64,000 nt of DNA from Acidimicrobiaceae bacterium (lineage in GTDB: Bacteria > Actinomycetota > Acidimicrobiia > Acidimicrobiales > Aldehydirespiratoraceae), in NCBI GenBank assembly GCA_026708645.1, contig JAPOUM010000004.1, forward strand, positions 33,760 to 97,759. Direction: 5' to 3'. Made by a program: the position numbers and the translations under genes. Shown here in pieces: positions 18,754 to 28,561 of the stretch. Position 1 is the first letter of the stretch. The number at the start of each line of letters is the position of its first letter. The notes under the pieces are model-generated. The model had not been told where the DNA came from, searched no databases, and saw only the letters and a list, made by a program, of their open reading frames with translations.

Positions 18754-19629
18754 TCACCGACGGTCGTTGCTTCTGAGGACCGTGTTGTAGAGCCAGCGTC
18801 GCGGCACTCGATTCTCGACCGCGACCGCGGCCACCGCGTCTCGGCGGGTCACGCCTGTGGAGACCAGGCGCTCGACGTCGCCGCGCAGGCGCTCGACGTC
18901 GGCGCCAGTATCAGCATCAGCGACCGCTCCGTGTCGCGCCGGCGCCCCTTCGAGCACGATCACGGCTTCGCCCTTGACGCCGGCCGCGGCCCAGTCACGC
19001 AACTCGCCGAGGCGCCCCCTGACGATCTCCTCGTGGAGTTTGGTGAGTTCGCGAGCCACCACGGCGCGGCGCTGCGCTCCGCAGGCGTCGGCCAAGTCCT
19101 GCAGGCAGGCCGCCAGACGATGCGGAGACTCGTAGATCACCGTGGTGCATTCGTGCGCCGCTATCTCTGCGAGCCGCCCGGCGCGCGCCTCGCCTCTGCG
19201 GGGCAGGAACCCTTCGAAGCAGTGCCGGTCGGCGGCGAGACCGCTGACCGCCAGAGCTGCCGAACCCGCTGAAGGTCCGGGCACGACAGTCACAGCATGA
19301 CCCGCTTCAGCGGTCGCGGCCACCAGCCGGGCGCCGGGATCGTTCAACGCCGGCATTCCGGCGTCGCTGACCAAAGCCACAGCAGCGCCCGCTTCCAGCA
19401 ACTCCAGAATCTCGGGAATGGCTGCGGCCTCGGTGTGCTCGTCGAGTCGTCTCAGCCTCGGCCGTCCAGCGGCGCCGCGTCCCACGCCGGCGTGTGCGAG
19501 CAGGCGCCCTGTGCGGCGAGTGTCTTCGCAGCAGATCAGATCAGCGCCGGCCAGAGCCTCGACGGCTCTGGGGCTCAGGTCGCCGAGGTTGCCGATGGGT
19601 GTGGCGACCAGCACCAGCGAGGCTGTCAC
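18754..19629 (-). CDS. rsmI: 16S rRNA (cytidine1402-2'-O)-methyltransferase
   Basis: LVLVATPIGNLGDLSPRA tetrapyrrole-methylase-like N-terminus. Confidence 0.9.
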   Translation of the reverse strand: MTASLVLVATPIGNLGDLSPRAVEALAGADLICCEDTRRTGRLLAHAGVGRGAAGRPRLRRLDEHTEAAAIPEILELLEAGAAVALVSDAGMPALNDPGARLVAATAEAGHAVTVVPGPSAGSAALAVSGLAADRHCFEGFLPRRGEARAGRLAEIAAHECTTVIYESPHRLAACLQDLADACGAQRRAVVARELTKLHEEIVRGRLGELRDWAAAGVKGEAVIVLEGAPARHGAVADADTGADVERLRGDVERLVSTGVTRRDAVAAVAVENRVPRRWLYNTVLRSNDRR

Positions 19630-19955
19630 CGCCTGATCTCGAGTTGCGTGCCTTCGGTCACGCCCCAGCGTCGCATGTTCCCGGCTTCGGCTTCGATCAC
19701 CGACCGCGCGCCGCGCGCCGGGCGACCCAGACGGTTGGCGGGCATGGTGGACACTCGCAGCACCCGCATCTCGGCGTCACAGTGGGCCACGTCGATCGCG
19801 AAGCGCATGCCGAAAGTGTGCACCGAGCGTGTGCGCTCCAGCAGCAGGGCGCCTTCTATGCCGCTGCGACCGATCAGCCCTTTGCGGCGTTCGCGGCGAC
19901 CGGAGGCGATCTCGAGGGATGCAACCACCTGATCCTCGGCCAGCAGCCAGGCCAC
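19626..19955 (-). CDS. DUF192 domain protein
   Basis: 109 aa. RRKGLIGR ... HTFGMRFAIDV ... VIEAEAG pattern. 4-nt overlap with rsmI. Confidence 0.7.
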   Translation of the reverse strand: MAWLLAEDQVVASLEIASGRRERRKGLIGRSGIEGALLLERTRSVHTFGMRFAIDVAHCDAEMRVLRVSTMPANRLGRPARGARSVIEAEAGNMRRWGVTEGTQLEIRR

Positions 19956-20061
19956 CCTCCGAAACTAGCAGCAAATCCACGAGACAATCCACTAAATCTG
20001 CGCCTATTGGATCATTTTTCATTTGCAAGTGCGGCGGACGGCTGCGGAGGGCCGGCCGCAG

Positions 20062-21135
20062 TCAGACATTGAACCTGAACTCCATCACATCGCCGTCGGC
20101 GACGGTGTAGTGCTTGCCTTCGGAACGCACCAGACCCCGCCGACGCGCCTCGGACCATGACCCCGCCTCCAGCAGCTGATCCCAGGCGACAGTGTCGGCG
20201 CGGATGAAGCCGCGCTGAATGTCGGAATGGACGACGCCCCCGCATTCAGCGGCCGAGGCGCCGACCCGGAAAGTCCAGGCCCGGCTCTCCTTCTCGCCGG
20301 TGGTCAGAAAAGTCCGCAGGCCCAGAAGCTGGTAGGCGGCGCCCAGGAACTGCTCGAGGGCGCCGCTGCCCAAGCCCAGAGCCGCCAGCATTTCGGGTCT
20401 CTCCGACTCGTCGAGTTGAGCCGCCTCCGCCTCCAGCTGCACGCACAGGGCCACGACCTGGGCATCGCCGAGCTCGGCGCGCACCGGCTCGGCGACCTCG
20501 GCGGCCGAAGCGATCTGGTCCTCGCCGATGTTCACCACCGCCAGCACCGGCTTGTTGGTGATCATGAAGAACGGGCGCAGACCTTCGCGGACGCCGGCGT
20601 CGAAACCGGCCCGATAGAGCGGCACGCCGTCGGAGAGCACCGCGACGGCCTCAGCCAGAAGATCGCACCCGGCGCGCTGGGCAGGGTCGCCCTTCGCCGC
20701 CCGGGTGAGCTTGTCGAGTTGGCGGGAGGCGCTTTCGAGGTCGGCCAGAGCGAGCTCGGTTTCGAGCACTTGCAGGCTGTTGAGCGGGTCGTCGTCGCCA
20801 GCGATGTCATCGTCGGCGAAGGAGCGCAGCACGTAGACGATGGCGTCGGTGTCGCGGATGTGCCCGAGGAAGGCGTTGCCGAGCCCTTCGCCGCGGTTGG
20901 CGCCCGACACCAAGCCGCCGATGTCGGTGAACTGCACCGTCGCCTGCACCGTTCGACGGCTGCGGCTCATTTCCGCGAGAGCGTCGAGGCGCTCATCGGC
21001 AACCCGCGCCACCCCCACGTTGGCCGTCTTGGTGGAGAAAGCGTGAGGCGCCGCGACCGCGTCGCCGCCGGCCAGGGCATTGTGAAGCGAGGTCTTGCCC
21101 GAGTTGGGGAGCCCCACGAATCCGAATCGTTCCAT
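20062..21135 (-). CDS. ychF: redox-regulated ATPase YchF
   Basis: GLPNSGKTSL P-loop, C-terminal TGS-like HSDIQRGFIRA. Start set at ATG 21135 (MERFGFVG). Confidence 0.9.
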   Translation of the reverse strand: MERFGFVGLPNSGKTSLHNALAGGDAVAAPHAFSTKTANVGVARVADERLDALAEMSRSRRTVQATVQFTDIGGLVSGANRGEGLGNAFLGHIRDTDAIVYVLRSFADDDIAGDDDPLNSLQVLETELALADLESASRQLDKLTRAAKGDPAQRAGCDLLAEAVAVLSDGVPLYRAGFDAGVREGLRPFFMITNKPVLAVVNIGEDQIASAAEVAEPVRAELGDAQVVALCVQLEAEAAQLDESERPEMLAALGLGSGALEQFLGAAYQLLGLRTFLTTGEKESRAWTFRVGASAAECGGVVHSDIQRGFIRADTVAWDQLLEAGSWSEARRRGLVRSEGKHYTVADGDVMEFRFNV

Positions 21136-21302
21136 CGGCGGTTCTTCTTCGACGTTCCTGCTCGGCTTGAGGTTGACTGTCCCTGCTTGACTGGCTGCTC
21201 GGCGGCTGGGTCTGACGGAAGTGTGCAGCGCCTGATGAGGATCGTGCGTCCGTTGCCGGACGTCAAGCATGAGCGCCCGGCTGCGGGCGTCTCAGAGCGC
21301 CG

Positions 21303-21392
21303 TCAGCTGTTGCGGCCTACGTTCGGCTTGCGTCCGTGGTTCGCCTTCGAACGGCGAGCTTTGGCACGACGCTTGCTGGTGCGCTTGGACAT
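21303..21392 (-). CDS. small basic protein resembling actinobacterial ribosomal protein bL37 (29 aa)
   Basis: My own translation of the minus strand: MSKRTSKRRAKARRSKANHGRKPNVGRNS, then stop. The ANHG(R/K)xPN core is as I recall for bL37. Too short to appear in the ORF track. Confidence 0.5.
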   Translation of the reverse strand: MSKRTSKRRAKARRSKANHGRKPNVGRNS

Positions 21393-21450
21393 GCCGGCCA
21401 GGCTAGCACCGTGCCGGCGCCGTTCAGCCCTCGCCGCCTCTGATGCGACA

Positions 21451-21507
21451 TTTCTGTTGCTGCTTTATTTCTGTTGCTGCTTTATTTCTGTTGCTGCTTT
21501 GTTGCTG
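21451..21507. repeat. 17-bp tandem repeat x3 (tttctgttgctgcttta)
   Basis: Read directly. Units at 21451, 21468 and 21485. A related T/G/C-rich stretch lies at 21548-21590. Confidence 0.9.
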
Positions 21508-21651
21508 TCCCATCAGGGTCGGCCCTCCTGGCTAGCCAGTCCACGAGGTTGCTGTTTTGCTGCTGTTGCTGCTGCTTTGTTTCTGCCAGCTGGTCGTCGG
21601 GGCCGTGCGGTCTGGCTCTGCTCTGCTGCACGCTCGTGGCAGACTGGGGCG

Positions 21652-22062
21652 ATGCTGCTGATCTACGATGGCCAGTGCGGCTTCTGCGTCCGTTCTGCTG
21701 CGTGGATCAAAGCTCGGCTTCCCGAGACGGCGCGAGTGGAACCGTGGCAGTCGCTGCCACTGGAGCGGCTCGGGCTGACACGAGCCGACGCGCAATCCTG
21801 CGTCTGGTGGATCGAGGGCGCCGACCTCGAATCAGCAGAAGTCGCCGGCGGCACCGACGATCACGCCGCCGTGAGCCCGGCGAAGTTCAGCGGATCAGAC
21901 GCCATCGGACGCTCTCTGGTTGCCGCAGGCGGGATCTGGGCGGCCGTCGGGAAGGTCGTCATCCATCCCCCCGGACGCTGGCTGGCGGCCCCGGCCTACT
22001 CCTTGATCGCAGCGAACCGGCACCGACTGAGCCGCTTGGGGAACATCCGCCGCGCTCACTAG
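21652..22062 (+). CDS. DCC-family thiol-disulfide oxidoreductase (DUF393)
   Basis: MLLIYDGQCGFCVRS N-terminus. Only the last 136 codons of track ORF 20227..22062 look coding; the rest is antisense to ychF. Confidence 0.7.
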   Translation: MLLIYDGQCGFCVRSAAWIKARLPETARVEPWQSLPLERLGLTRADAQSCVWWIEGADLESAEVAGGTDDHAAVSPAKFSGSDAIGRSLVAAGGIWAAVGKVVIHPPGRWLAAPAYSLIAANRHRLSRLGNIRRAH

Positions 22063-22109
22063 CATTGTCGGTATACACATCAACTAGCCAATTCCCTGGA
22101 GGAATGCCA

Positions 22110-23336
22110 ATGATGAAGCGCCTGATCGCGCTGACAGCGGTCCTGTTGTCCTTCGCCCTGCTCGCAGCAGCCTGCGGCGATGACGACGACGAGACCGCCA
22201 GCACAGAAGACACGGCGACGGAAGAGTCTCAGGCTCAACCCGCCGAAGAGACGAGCGAGGCGATGACCGACGACGACGATCACGCCGACCATGACCACGA
22301 CGACCACGACGAAGACGATCACGACGACCATGACCACGAAGACGGCGATTCGGAGACGTCAACGGATCTCCCGACCGTCGGCTTGGTCTACGACATCGGC
22401 GGCCGTGGCGACCAGTCGTTCAACGACTCCGCGGCGGCAGGCATCGAGCGGGCGGCGGCCGAACTCGGGATCGAGTTCACCGAGGCCTCGCCCGAGCCCG
22501 ACGGATCGAACCGCGCGGAGATCATGCAGCTCGCCGCCAGCGAGCACGACATCGTAGTGGGCGTGGGCTTCCTCTATGAGAGCCCGGCCGCAGCGGTCGG
22601 CCCCGAGAACCCCGACACCATGTTCGGCGTGGTCGACTCTGGGATGCTCGACTTCAGCGCCGACCCGCCGGCGCCGTACGCCGACAACATCGCCGGTCTG
22701 GTGTTCGCCGAGCATGAAGGCTCGTTCCTGGTGGGCGCGGCAGCCGCGCTGAAGAGCCAGACCGGGACTATCGGCTTCATCGGCGGAGTACAGAACGTGG
22801 GCGGCTTGATCGAGCGCTTCCAGGCCGGCTACCACGCCGGCGCCCGTGCCGTCAACCCCGACATCGAGATCATCGACGACTACATCACCCAGGCGCCCGA
22901 CATGGACGGCTTCACTTCGCCCGACCGGGCCAAAGAGATCGCTCTGGCCATGTACGAGGAAGGCGCCGACATCATCTACCACGCCGCCGGCGGCTCAGGC
23001 GCGGGCCTGTTCCAGGCCGCTCAAGAGCAGACCGCGGCCACCGGGTCGAAGGTCTGGACCATCGGCGTGGACTCCGACCAGTATTTGACCGCCGACCCCG
23101 GCGTGCGCGAGTTCATCCTGACTTCGATGCTCAAGCGCGTGGACTCCTCGATCTTCGAGATGATCAAGTCGGTGATCGAAGGAACCATGCAGCCAGGACC
23201 GACCAGCTACGACCTCTCCGTCGACGGGGTCGGCTACAGCACCTCAGGCGGCTTCATAGACGACATCGTCGATCAGCTGGAAGCCTTCCGCGAGCAGATC
23301 GTGTCCGGCGAGATCGTGGTGCCCACCGAACCATAG
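22110..23336 (+). CDS. BMP-family (PnrA/Med-like) ABC substrate-binding lipoprotein
   Basis: Signal peptide plus lipobox MMKRLIALTAVLLSFALLAAC. GGAGG lies 7 nt upstream. Body matches the Bmp fold (GFIGG, DSDQY). Acidic His-rich linker after the lipobox. Confidence 0.85.
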   Translation: MMKRLIALTAVLLSFALLAAACGDDDDETASTEDTATEESQAQPAEETSEAMTDDDDHADHDHDDHDEDDHDDHDHEDGDSETSTDLPTVGLVYDIGGRGDQSFNDSAAAGIERAAAELGIEFTEASPEPDGSNRAEIMQLAASEHDIVVGVGFLYESPAAAVGPENPDTMFGVVDSGMLDFSADPPAPYADNIAGLVFAEHEGSFLVGAAAALKSQTGTIGFIGGVQNVGGLIERFQAGYHAGARAVNPDIEIIDDYITQAPDMDGFTSPDRAKEIALAMYEEGADIIYHAAGGSGAGLFQAAQEQTAATGSKVWTIGVDSDQYLTADPGVREFILTSMLKRVDSSIFEMIKSVIEGTMQPGPTSYDLSVDGVGYSTSGGFIDDIVDQLEAFREQIVSGEIVVPTEP

Positions 23337-23374
23337 AGGCAGCAACAGGACTGCAGCAGCAGGACTGTTGTGAC

Positions 23375-23414
23375 GCGATGAACGGGTCGGGCCTGTGTCC
23401 GGCCCGTTCATCGC
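23375..23414 (+). terminator. strong intra-operon hairpin (attenuator/partial terminator) between SBP and ATPase genes
   Basis: GCGATGAACGGG (23375-23386) pairs with CCCGTTCATCGC (23403-23414), with additional GC pairs inside. No clear T-run follows. Confidence 0.4.
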
Positions 23415-23532
23415 GTGCGGTCGCATCCGACGGGCGTCATCACGTCCGGCGCATGCCGTCAAATCCGGGCGCTCTCTTGGTGTGTAGCGTTCGCTAGCGT
23501 TCACTTGCTTCAGAGTTCATCAGGGAGTCCGA

Positions 23533-25140
23533 GTGCCACAGGCTGAAACGCCAGGCTCAGAACCGAGATCTGAGCAAGCCACAGAGCCAGGCTCGGAACC
23601 GGCGCGAGCTCCTGCCATCGAACTGGCGGGCATCACCAAGCGGTTCCCCGGCGTCGTCGCCAACGACGACATCGAGCTGACAGTGGCCGAGGGCGAGATC
23701 CACGCCATATGCGGCGAGAACGGCGCCGGCAAGTCGACGCTGATGAAGATCCTCTACGGCATGCAGCCGCCCGACTCGGGGACCATCAAGATCCGCGGCG
23801 AGACCGTGGAGCTGCACTCGCCGGCGCGGGCCATCGAACTAGGCATCGGCATGGTTCATCAGCACTTCATGCTGGCCGATCAGCTCACCGTGCTGGAGAA
23901 CGTGATCCTCGGCGCCGAGCCGATGCGCGCTCTGGGCCGCATCGACTTCAACGCCGGGCGCAGCCATCTCGACGAGGTCAGCAGGGCCTACGGACTCGAC
24001 ATCAACGCTGACGACCTGGTCGAGACCCTGGAGGTCGGCGAGCGCCAGCGGGTCGAGATCATCAAAGTGCTGTTCCGCGGGGCCAAGATCCTGATCCTCG
24101 ACGAGCCCACCGCAGTGCTGGTGCCCCAAGAAGTGGACGAGCTGTTCTCGAACATCCGCGATCTCAAAGCCGGCGGCGCCACCGTGTTGTTCATCGACCA
24201 CAAACTCGACGAGGTCTTGGAGATAGCGGACACGATCACCGTGCTGCGCCAGGGCCGCACCGTCGGCGCCGTCAAACCCGACGAGGTGACGGCGCGCGAC
24301 CTGGCCGAGATGATGATCGGCTCGGAACTCCCCAAACCCGACGCCGGCGCCTCGACCGTCACCGACGAGGCAGCCTTGGAAGTCTCGGGGCTGCGAGTGC
24401 TCGGCGAGTCCGACCGTCCGGTCGTCGACGACGTGAGCCTGACGGTGCATCGCGGCGAGGTCGTGGGCATCGCCGGGGTCGAAGGCAACGGCCAGGCCGA
24501 GCTGGTGAACGCAATCATCGGCACAGCCGAGAGCGCTCAGGGCAGCATCCGCATGCTGGGCCGCGACATAACCGGTTCCTCGGTGCGCGCCCGGCGCGAG
24601 CTGGGCTTGGGCTACGTGCCTCAGGACCGCCACCAAGACGGGCTGCTTCTGGGGTTCAGCCTCTGGGAGAACAGCACTCTCGGCCACCAGACCGAAGAGC
24701 CGTATTCTCGCGGACCGTGGCTGAACCGCGAAGGCATGCGCAGCCGCGCCGAGCAGATCAAATCCCAGTTCGACGTGCGCACCCCCAACATCGACCTGTC
24801 GGCGCACGCCCTGTCGGGAGGCAATCAGCAGAAACTGATCGTGGGACGCGAGATGGTGGCGGATCCTGCGGTGTTCATCGCCAACCACCCCACCCGAGGA
24901 ATAGACGTCGGCGCCCAGGCTGCGGTGTGGGAACACATCCGCAACGCCCGCGCCGAAGGCTTGGCGACTCTGCTGGTGTCGGCCGACCTCGAAGAGCTGA
25001 TCGGACTGTCGGACACGATCGTGGTGATGTTGCGCGGGCGCCTGGTGGCTCGTCTCGACCCAGGAGAAATCACTCCCCGAACTCTGGGGGCCTACATGAC
25101 CGGCGCCGCGCTCGAAACCGAGGTCTCAGCCAGTGAGTGA
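23533..25140 (+). CDS. ABC transporter ATP-binding protein, duplicated ATPase
   Basis: Two ABC cassettes: GENGAGKST with LILDEPT, and a second SGGNQQK signature. GTG start. Confidence 0.9.
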   Translation: MPQAETPGSEPRSEQATEPGSEPARAPAIELAGITKRFPGVVANDDIELTVAEGEIHAICGENGAGKSTLMKILYGMQPPDSGTIKIRGETVELHSPARAIELGIGMVHQHFMLADQLTVLENVILGAEPMRALGRIDFNAGRSHLDEVSRAYGLDINADDLVETLEVGERQRVEIIKVLFRGAKILILDEPTAVLVPQEVDELFSNIRDLKAGGATVLFIDHKLDEVLEIADTITVLRQGRTVGAVKPDEVTARDLAEMMIGSELPKPDAGASTVTDEAALEVSGLRVLGESDRPVVDDVSLTVHRGEVVGIAGVEGNGQAELVNAIIGTAESAQGSIRMLGRDITGSSVRARRELGLGYVPQDRHQDGLLLGFSLWENSTLGHQTEEPYSRGPWLNREGMRSRAEQIKSQFDVRTPNIDLSAHALSGGNQQKLIVGREMVADPAVFIANHPTRGIDVGAQAAVWEHIRNARAEGLATLLVSADLEELIGLSDTIVVMLRGRLVARLDPGEITPRTLGAYMTGAALETEVSASE

Positions 25141-25167
25141 GCGCCCCATGTCGAGGCGACGCGCCCG

Positions 25168-26328
25168 ATGAACGAACGGTTCGCTCGCCGTCTGGTGCTG
25201 ACCGCGGCAGCGCCGGTGTCGGCGTTGGTGATCGCGATCGTGCTGTCGACGCTCGTGCTGCTGATATCGGGCAGCAACCCCATCAGCGCCTATCTGGACA
25301 TGCTCGAGCACGGCAGCAAGCTCGAAACCCAAGTCGACATCCTCAATCGGGCCACGCCTCTCTATCTGGCGGGCGTGGCAGTGGCCATCGGTTTCAGGAT
25401 GAACCTTCTCAACATCGGCGTGGAGGGCCAGTATCTGCTGGCCTTCATCGTCGCGGCGCATCTCGGCGCTCAGGTGGAGCTGCCGCCGGTGCTTCACATC
25501 GCATACGTCCTGGTGATCGCCATGGCAGTGGGCGGCGCCTTCGCGGGTCTCGCCGGAGTGCTGAAAGTGACCCGAGGGGTCAACGAGGTGATCTCCACGA
25601 TCATGCTCAACTCGGTGGTGATCTCGGGCCTGGCCGCATGGTGGATCGTGGAATGGCAGGCCGGAGGCGAAATATCGGCCACTGGGGGCCGGGTCGGCAC
25701 CGAGCCCATCGACGAGAGCAGGCTCATGCCTGACATCAACTCCTGGCTGGAGGCATTCACCCGCGAGGTGAAATTCGGCAAAGAGCTCACCGGAATGCTG
25801 GTCGTCGCAGTGGTGGTCGGGGTTCTCTACCACGTTTTGCTGACCCGCACGGTCCTGGGTTTCGACCTGCGCTCCAGCGGCGCCAACCAGCAAGCGTCGC
25901 ACGTCGGCGGGATATCGCCCAAGCGCATGATCGTGATCGCCATCGTGCTGTCGGGCGTGGTGGCAGGGCTGGTGGGCATGCCCGAGTTGATGGACGCCGG
26001 CTACTACCCGTCGAACCCGATCAGCCTGCTGGGCTTCTGGGGCATCGCGGTGGCGCTGCTGGGGCGCAACCATCCAGCCGGGGTGGCTGTGGCCGCGCTG
26101 ATCTTCGCTTTCTTGGACATCTCCTCGGGGATACTGCAAGTCACGGGAGCGGCGTCGCGTGAGATCGTCGAGATCATGAAAGGCCTGATCATCCTGACCG
26201 CTGTGATCGCCTACGCGGTGGTGAATCGCATCCGCGCACGCGACGAGGCGGCCGCCGCGGCCGCGGCGATGGCGGACCCGCCGGCGCCTCCCCGCACTCC
26301 GCCGGCCCCGGCAGAAATGCCCGTGTGA
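25168..26328 (+). CDS. ABC transporter permease (BMP/nucleoside-type)
   Basis: Multi-pass hydrophobic protein immediately after the ATPase. NIGVEGQ motif. Confidence 0.85.
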   Translation: MNERFARRLVLTAAAPVSALVIAIVLSTLVLLISGSNPISAYLDMLEHGSKLETQVDILNRATPLYLAGVAVAIGFRMNLLNIGVEGQYLLAFIVAAHLGAQVELPPVLHIAYVLVIAMAVGGAFAGLAGVLKVTRGVNEVISTIMLNSVVISGLAAWWIVEWQAGGEISATGGRVGTEPIDESRLMPDINSWLEAFTREVKFGKELTGMLVVAVVVGVLYHVLLTRTVLGFDLRSSGANQQASHVGGISPKRMIVIAIVLSGVVAGLVGMPELMDAGYYPSNPISLLGFWGIAVALLGRNHPAGVAVAALIFAFLDISSGILQVTGAASREIVEIMKGLIILTAVIAYAVVNRIRARDEAAAAAAAMADPPAPPRTPPAPAEMPV

Positions 26329-27596
26329 TGTCGTCGCTGTCAGGCTTGCTGGGCAGGCAGCCGACCTGGGTCCGCTGGATGATCTACGCCGCGGTCGGCG
26401 TGTTCGTGCTGACCGTGGTGCAAGGCTTCAGCGGCACTGAGCGGCTCACAGCGATCACCACGTCGCAGGCCATGTTGAGATGGTCGGTGCCGATCCTGCT
26501 CGCCGGGCTCGGCGGAATGTTCTGCGAGCGGGCCGGGGTCGTCAACATCGGCCTCGAGGGGATGCTGATCCTGGGCACTTGGTTCGGCGCCTGGGGCGCG
26601 GTCACCTACGGCGGCTGGGCTGGTCTGCTGATCGGCATGATCGGCGGCGCCCTCGGCGGCTTGATCCACGCGGTCGCCACCGTGACCTTCGGGATCGATC
26701 ACATCATCTCGGGAGTTGCGATCAATGTGACTGCGCCCGGTTTAGCGAGATTCCTGTCCTCGGAGGTATTCATCAACACCGAAGGCGGCTCTATCACGCA
26801 GTCGCCGCGCACCCCCGGACTGGGGAAATTCACGTTCCCGTTCCTGGCTGGCGGCGACCTGTTCGGCTGGGACACTCCCGACGTTCTCGGCTGGTTCACC
26901 CGGCAGGACTGGTTCTTCGTGTCTGACTTCACCGGACTGGCAAAAGGGCTGGTGGCGCAGCTGTCGCTGGCCACGATGCTCGCCTTCGCGCTGGTGCCTT
27001 TCAGCGCCTGGCTGCTCTGGCGCACCCGCTTCGGACTGCGGCTGCGCATCTGCGGCGAGCACCCTGTGGGCGGCGAGACTCAGGGCGTCAACATCTATCT
27101 CTACAAGTACATCGGCGTGATGATCAGCGGCGCCCTGGCCGGGTTCGGAGGCGCCTTCATCGCCAGCCCCGAACTGTCGGGAATCTACCTGGAGGGCCAG
27201 ACCAACGGGCGGGGGTTCATCGCCCTGGCGGCAGTGATCTTCGGCAACTGGCGACCGGGCGGGATCATGGCCGGAGCGCTGCTGTTCGGCTATCCCTTCG
27301 GGTTGGGCCTGCGCGACCTGGACGGTTCGGCGTCGCATGCGCTGCTGCTGATCAACACCATCGCGCTCTTGAGTGTCACCGCGTGGGCGCTCAGCCGGCG
27401 CCGGCGTGTGGACGCGGCGCTTGCCGCTGTGCTCGGGCTGGGCGCGGCGCTGTGGTACTTCCTGTCCTCGACGGTGCCCGACTGGTGGATCTCGATCCTG
27501 CCGTTCGTGATCGTGCTGGTGGTGCTGATCTTCTTCTCGCAGCGGCTGCGAATGCCTCAAGCGAACGGGATCATCTACCGCAAGGGCGAGTCTTAG
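26325..27596 (+). CDS. ABC transporter permease (second subunit)
   Basis: NIGLEGM motif, multi-pass. 4-nt overlap with the previous permease. Confidence 0.85.
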   Translation: MMSSLSGLLGRQPTWVRWMIYAAVGVFVLTVVQGFSGTERLTAITTSQAMLRWSVPILLAGLGGMFCERAGVVNIGLEGMLILGTWFGAWGAVTYGGWAGLLIGMIGGALGGLIHAVATVTFGIDHIISGVAINVTAPGLARFLSSEVFINTEGGSITQSPRTPGLGKFTFPFLAGGDLFGWDTPDVLGWFTRQDWFFVSDFTGLAKGLVAQLSLATMLAFALVPFSAWLLWRTRFGLRLRICGEHPVGGETQGVNIYLYKYIGVMISGALAGFGGAFIASPELSGIYLEGQTNGRGFIALAAVIFGNWRPGGIMAGALLFGYPFGLGLRDLDGSASHALLLINTIALLSVTAWALSRRRRVDAALAAVLGLGAALWYFLSSTVPDWWISILPFVIVLVVLIFFSQRLRMPQANGIIYRKGES

Positions 27597-27659
27597 CCTG
27601 CCGCTGCTGTAGCCGTCGGCTGCTGCGCGCCAGCACCGGCGAAAGTTAGAGTCTCGACG

Positions 27660-28523
27660 ATGCTCAGCGAGTCACAGCTGGCCGACTGGCGGCGCGACGG
27701 CTTCTTGAAGCTGCCGGGTCTGGCGCCCGTCGAACGCTGCGAAGCGCTCAAAGCCCATGTCGGCGAGCTGCTGGCGGGCGTCGACAACGCCGGAGACGGC
27801 CCCGGCGACGGCGCTTTGACGGTCTTCTCGACCACCGAGCAGAGCCACGCCCAAGACGAATGGTTCCTGGGCTCGGGCGACACGGTGCGCTGGTTCCTGG
27901 AGGACGGCGCCGTCGTCGACGGAAAGCTGACTCGTCCCTTGCCGCTCGCGGTCAACAAGCTGGGCCATGCCATGCACGACCTGGACCCGGTGTTCGACGA
28001 GTTCTCGCGTGCGCCGGAGTTGGCGGCTGTGGTCGACGGCCTGGGAATGAACGACCCGAAGCTGCTGCAGTCGATGTACATCTTCAAGCAGCCGGGCATC
28101 GGCGGCGAGGTGATATGCCACTGCGATCACAGCTTCTTGTGGACCGAGCCGCAGAGTGTGATCGGCCTGTGGTTCGCCGTCGAGGACGCCACCGTCGACA
28201 ACGGCTGCCTGTGGGCCGTCCCCGGCGGGCACCGGATACCGGCCAAGACCCGCTTCCGGCTGGTCGACCCCGACGACCGCAGTCTGGGCGCTGTGACCGA
28301 CGTGCTCGACGAGACCCCCTACCCGACCCAGGATCTGGTGCCGCTGGAAGCGGCCGCCGGGACTCTGATCGCCTTGCACGGCACGCTGCCGCACTACAGC
28401 GCCGCCAACACTTCGCCGCGCAGCCGTCACGCCTACACGCTGCACATCATCGACGGCCGCGCCGACTATCCGGCCGACAACTGGCTGCAGCGCGGCCCCG
28501 ACCTGCCCCTGCGAGGCTTCTGA
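27660..28523 (+). CDS. phytanoyl-CoA dioxygenase (PhyH) family protein
   Basis: WRRDGFLKL N-terminus, HCDHSF ... HGTLPHYS iron/2-oxoglutarate-type His pattern. Confidence 0.75.
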   Translation: MLSESQLADWRRDGFLKLPGLAPVERCEALKAHVGELLAGVDNAGDGPGDGALTVFSTTEQSHAQDEWFLGSGDTVRWFLEDGAVVDGKLTRPLPLAVNKLGHAMHDLDPVFDEFSRAPELAAVVDGLGMNDPKLLQSMYIFKQPGIGGEVICHCDHSFLWTEPQSVIGLWFAVEDATVDNGCLWAVPGGHRIPAKTRFRLVDPDDRSLGAVTDVLDETPYPTQDLVPLEAAAGTLIALHGTLPHYSAANTSPRSRHAYTLHIIDGRADYPADNWLQRGPDLPLRGF

Positions 28524-28561
28524 CAGCGCCCGGCCTCTTGATCGGGCATCCGCCCAGACCG

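Noticed and set aside
20227-21651. N-terminal 475 codons of the 611-aa ORF 20227..22062
   Set aside because: It is antisense to ychF and to the bL37-like ORF and has no motifs. Only the last 136 codons (DCC family) look genuine.
21474-22109. N-terminal extension of ORF 21474..23336 upstream of the BMP lipoprotein
   Set aside because: The extension overlaps the DCC gene in another frame and precedes a clear RBS, signal peptide and lipobox at 22110.
23839-24936. 365-aa minus-strand ORF and neighbours inside the ABC ATPase gene
   Set aside because: It is antisense to a gene with two complete ABC cassettes.
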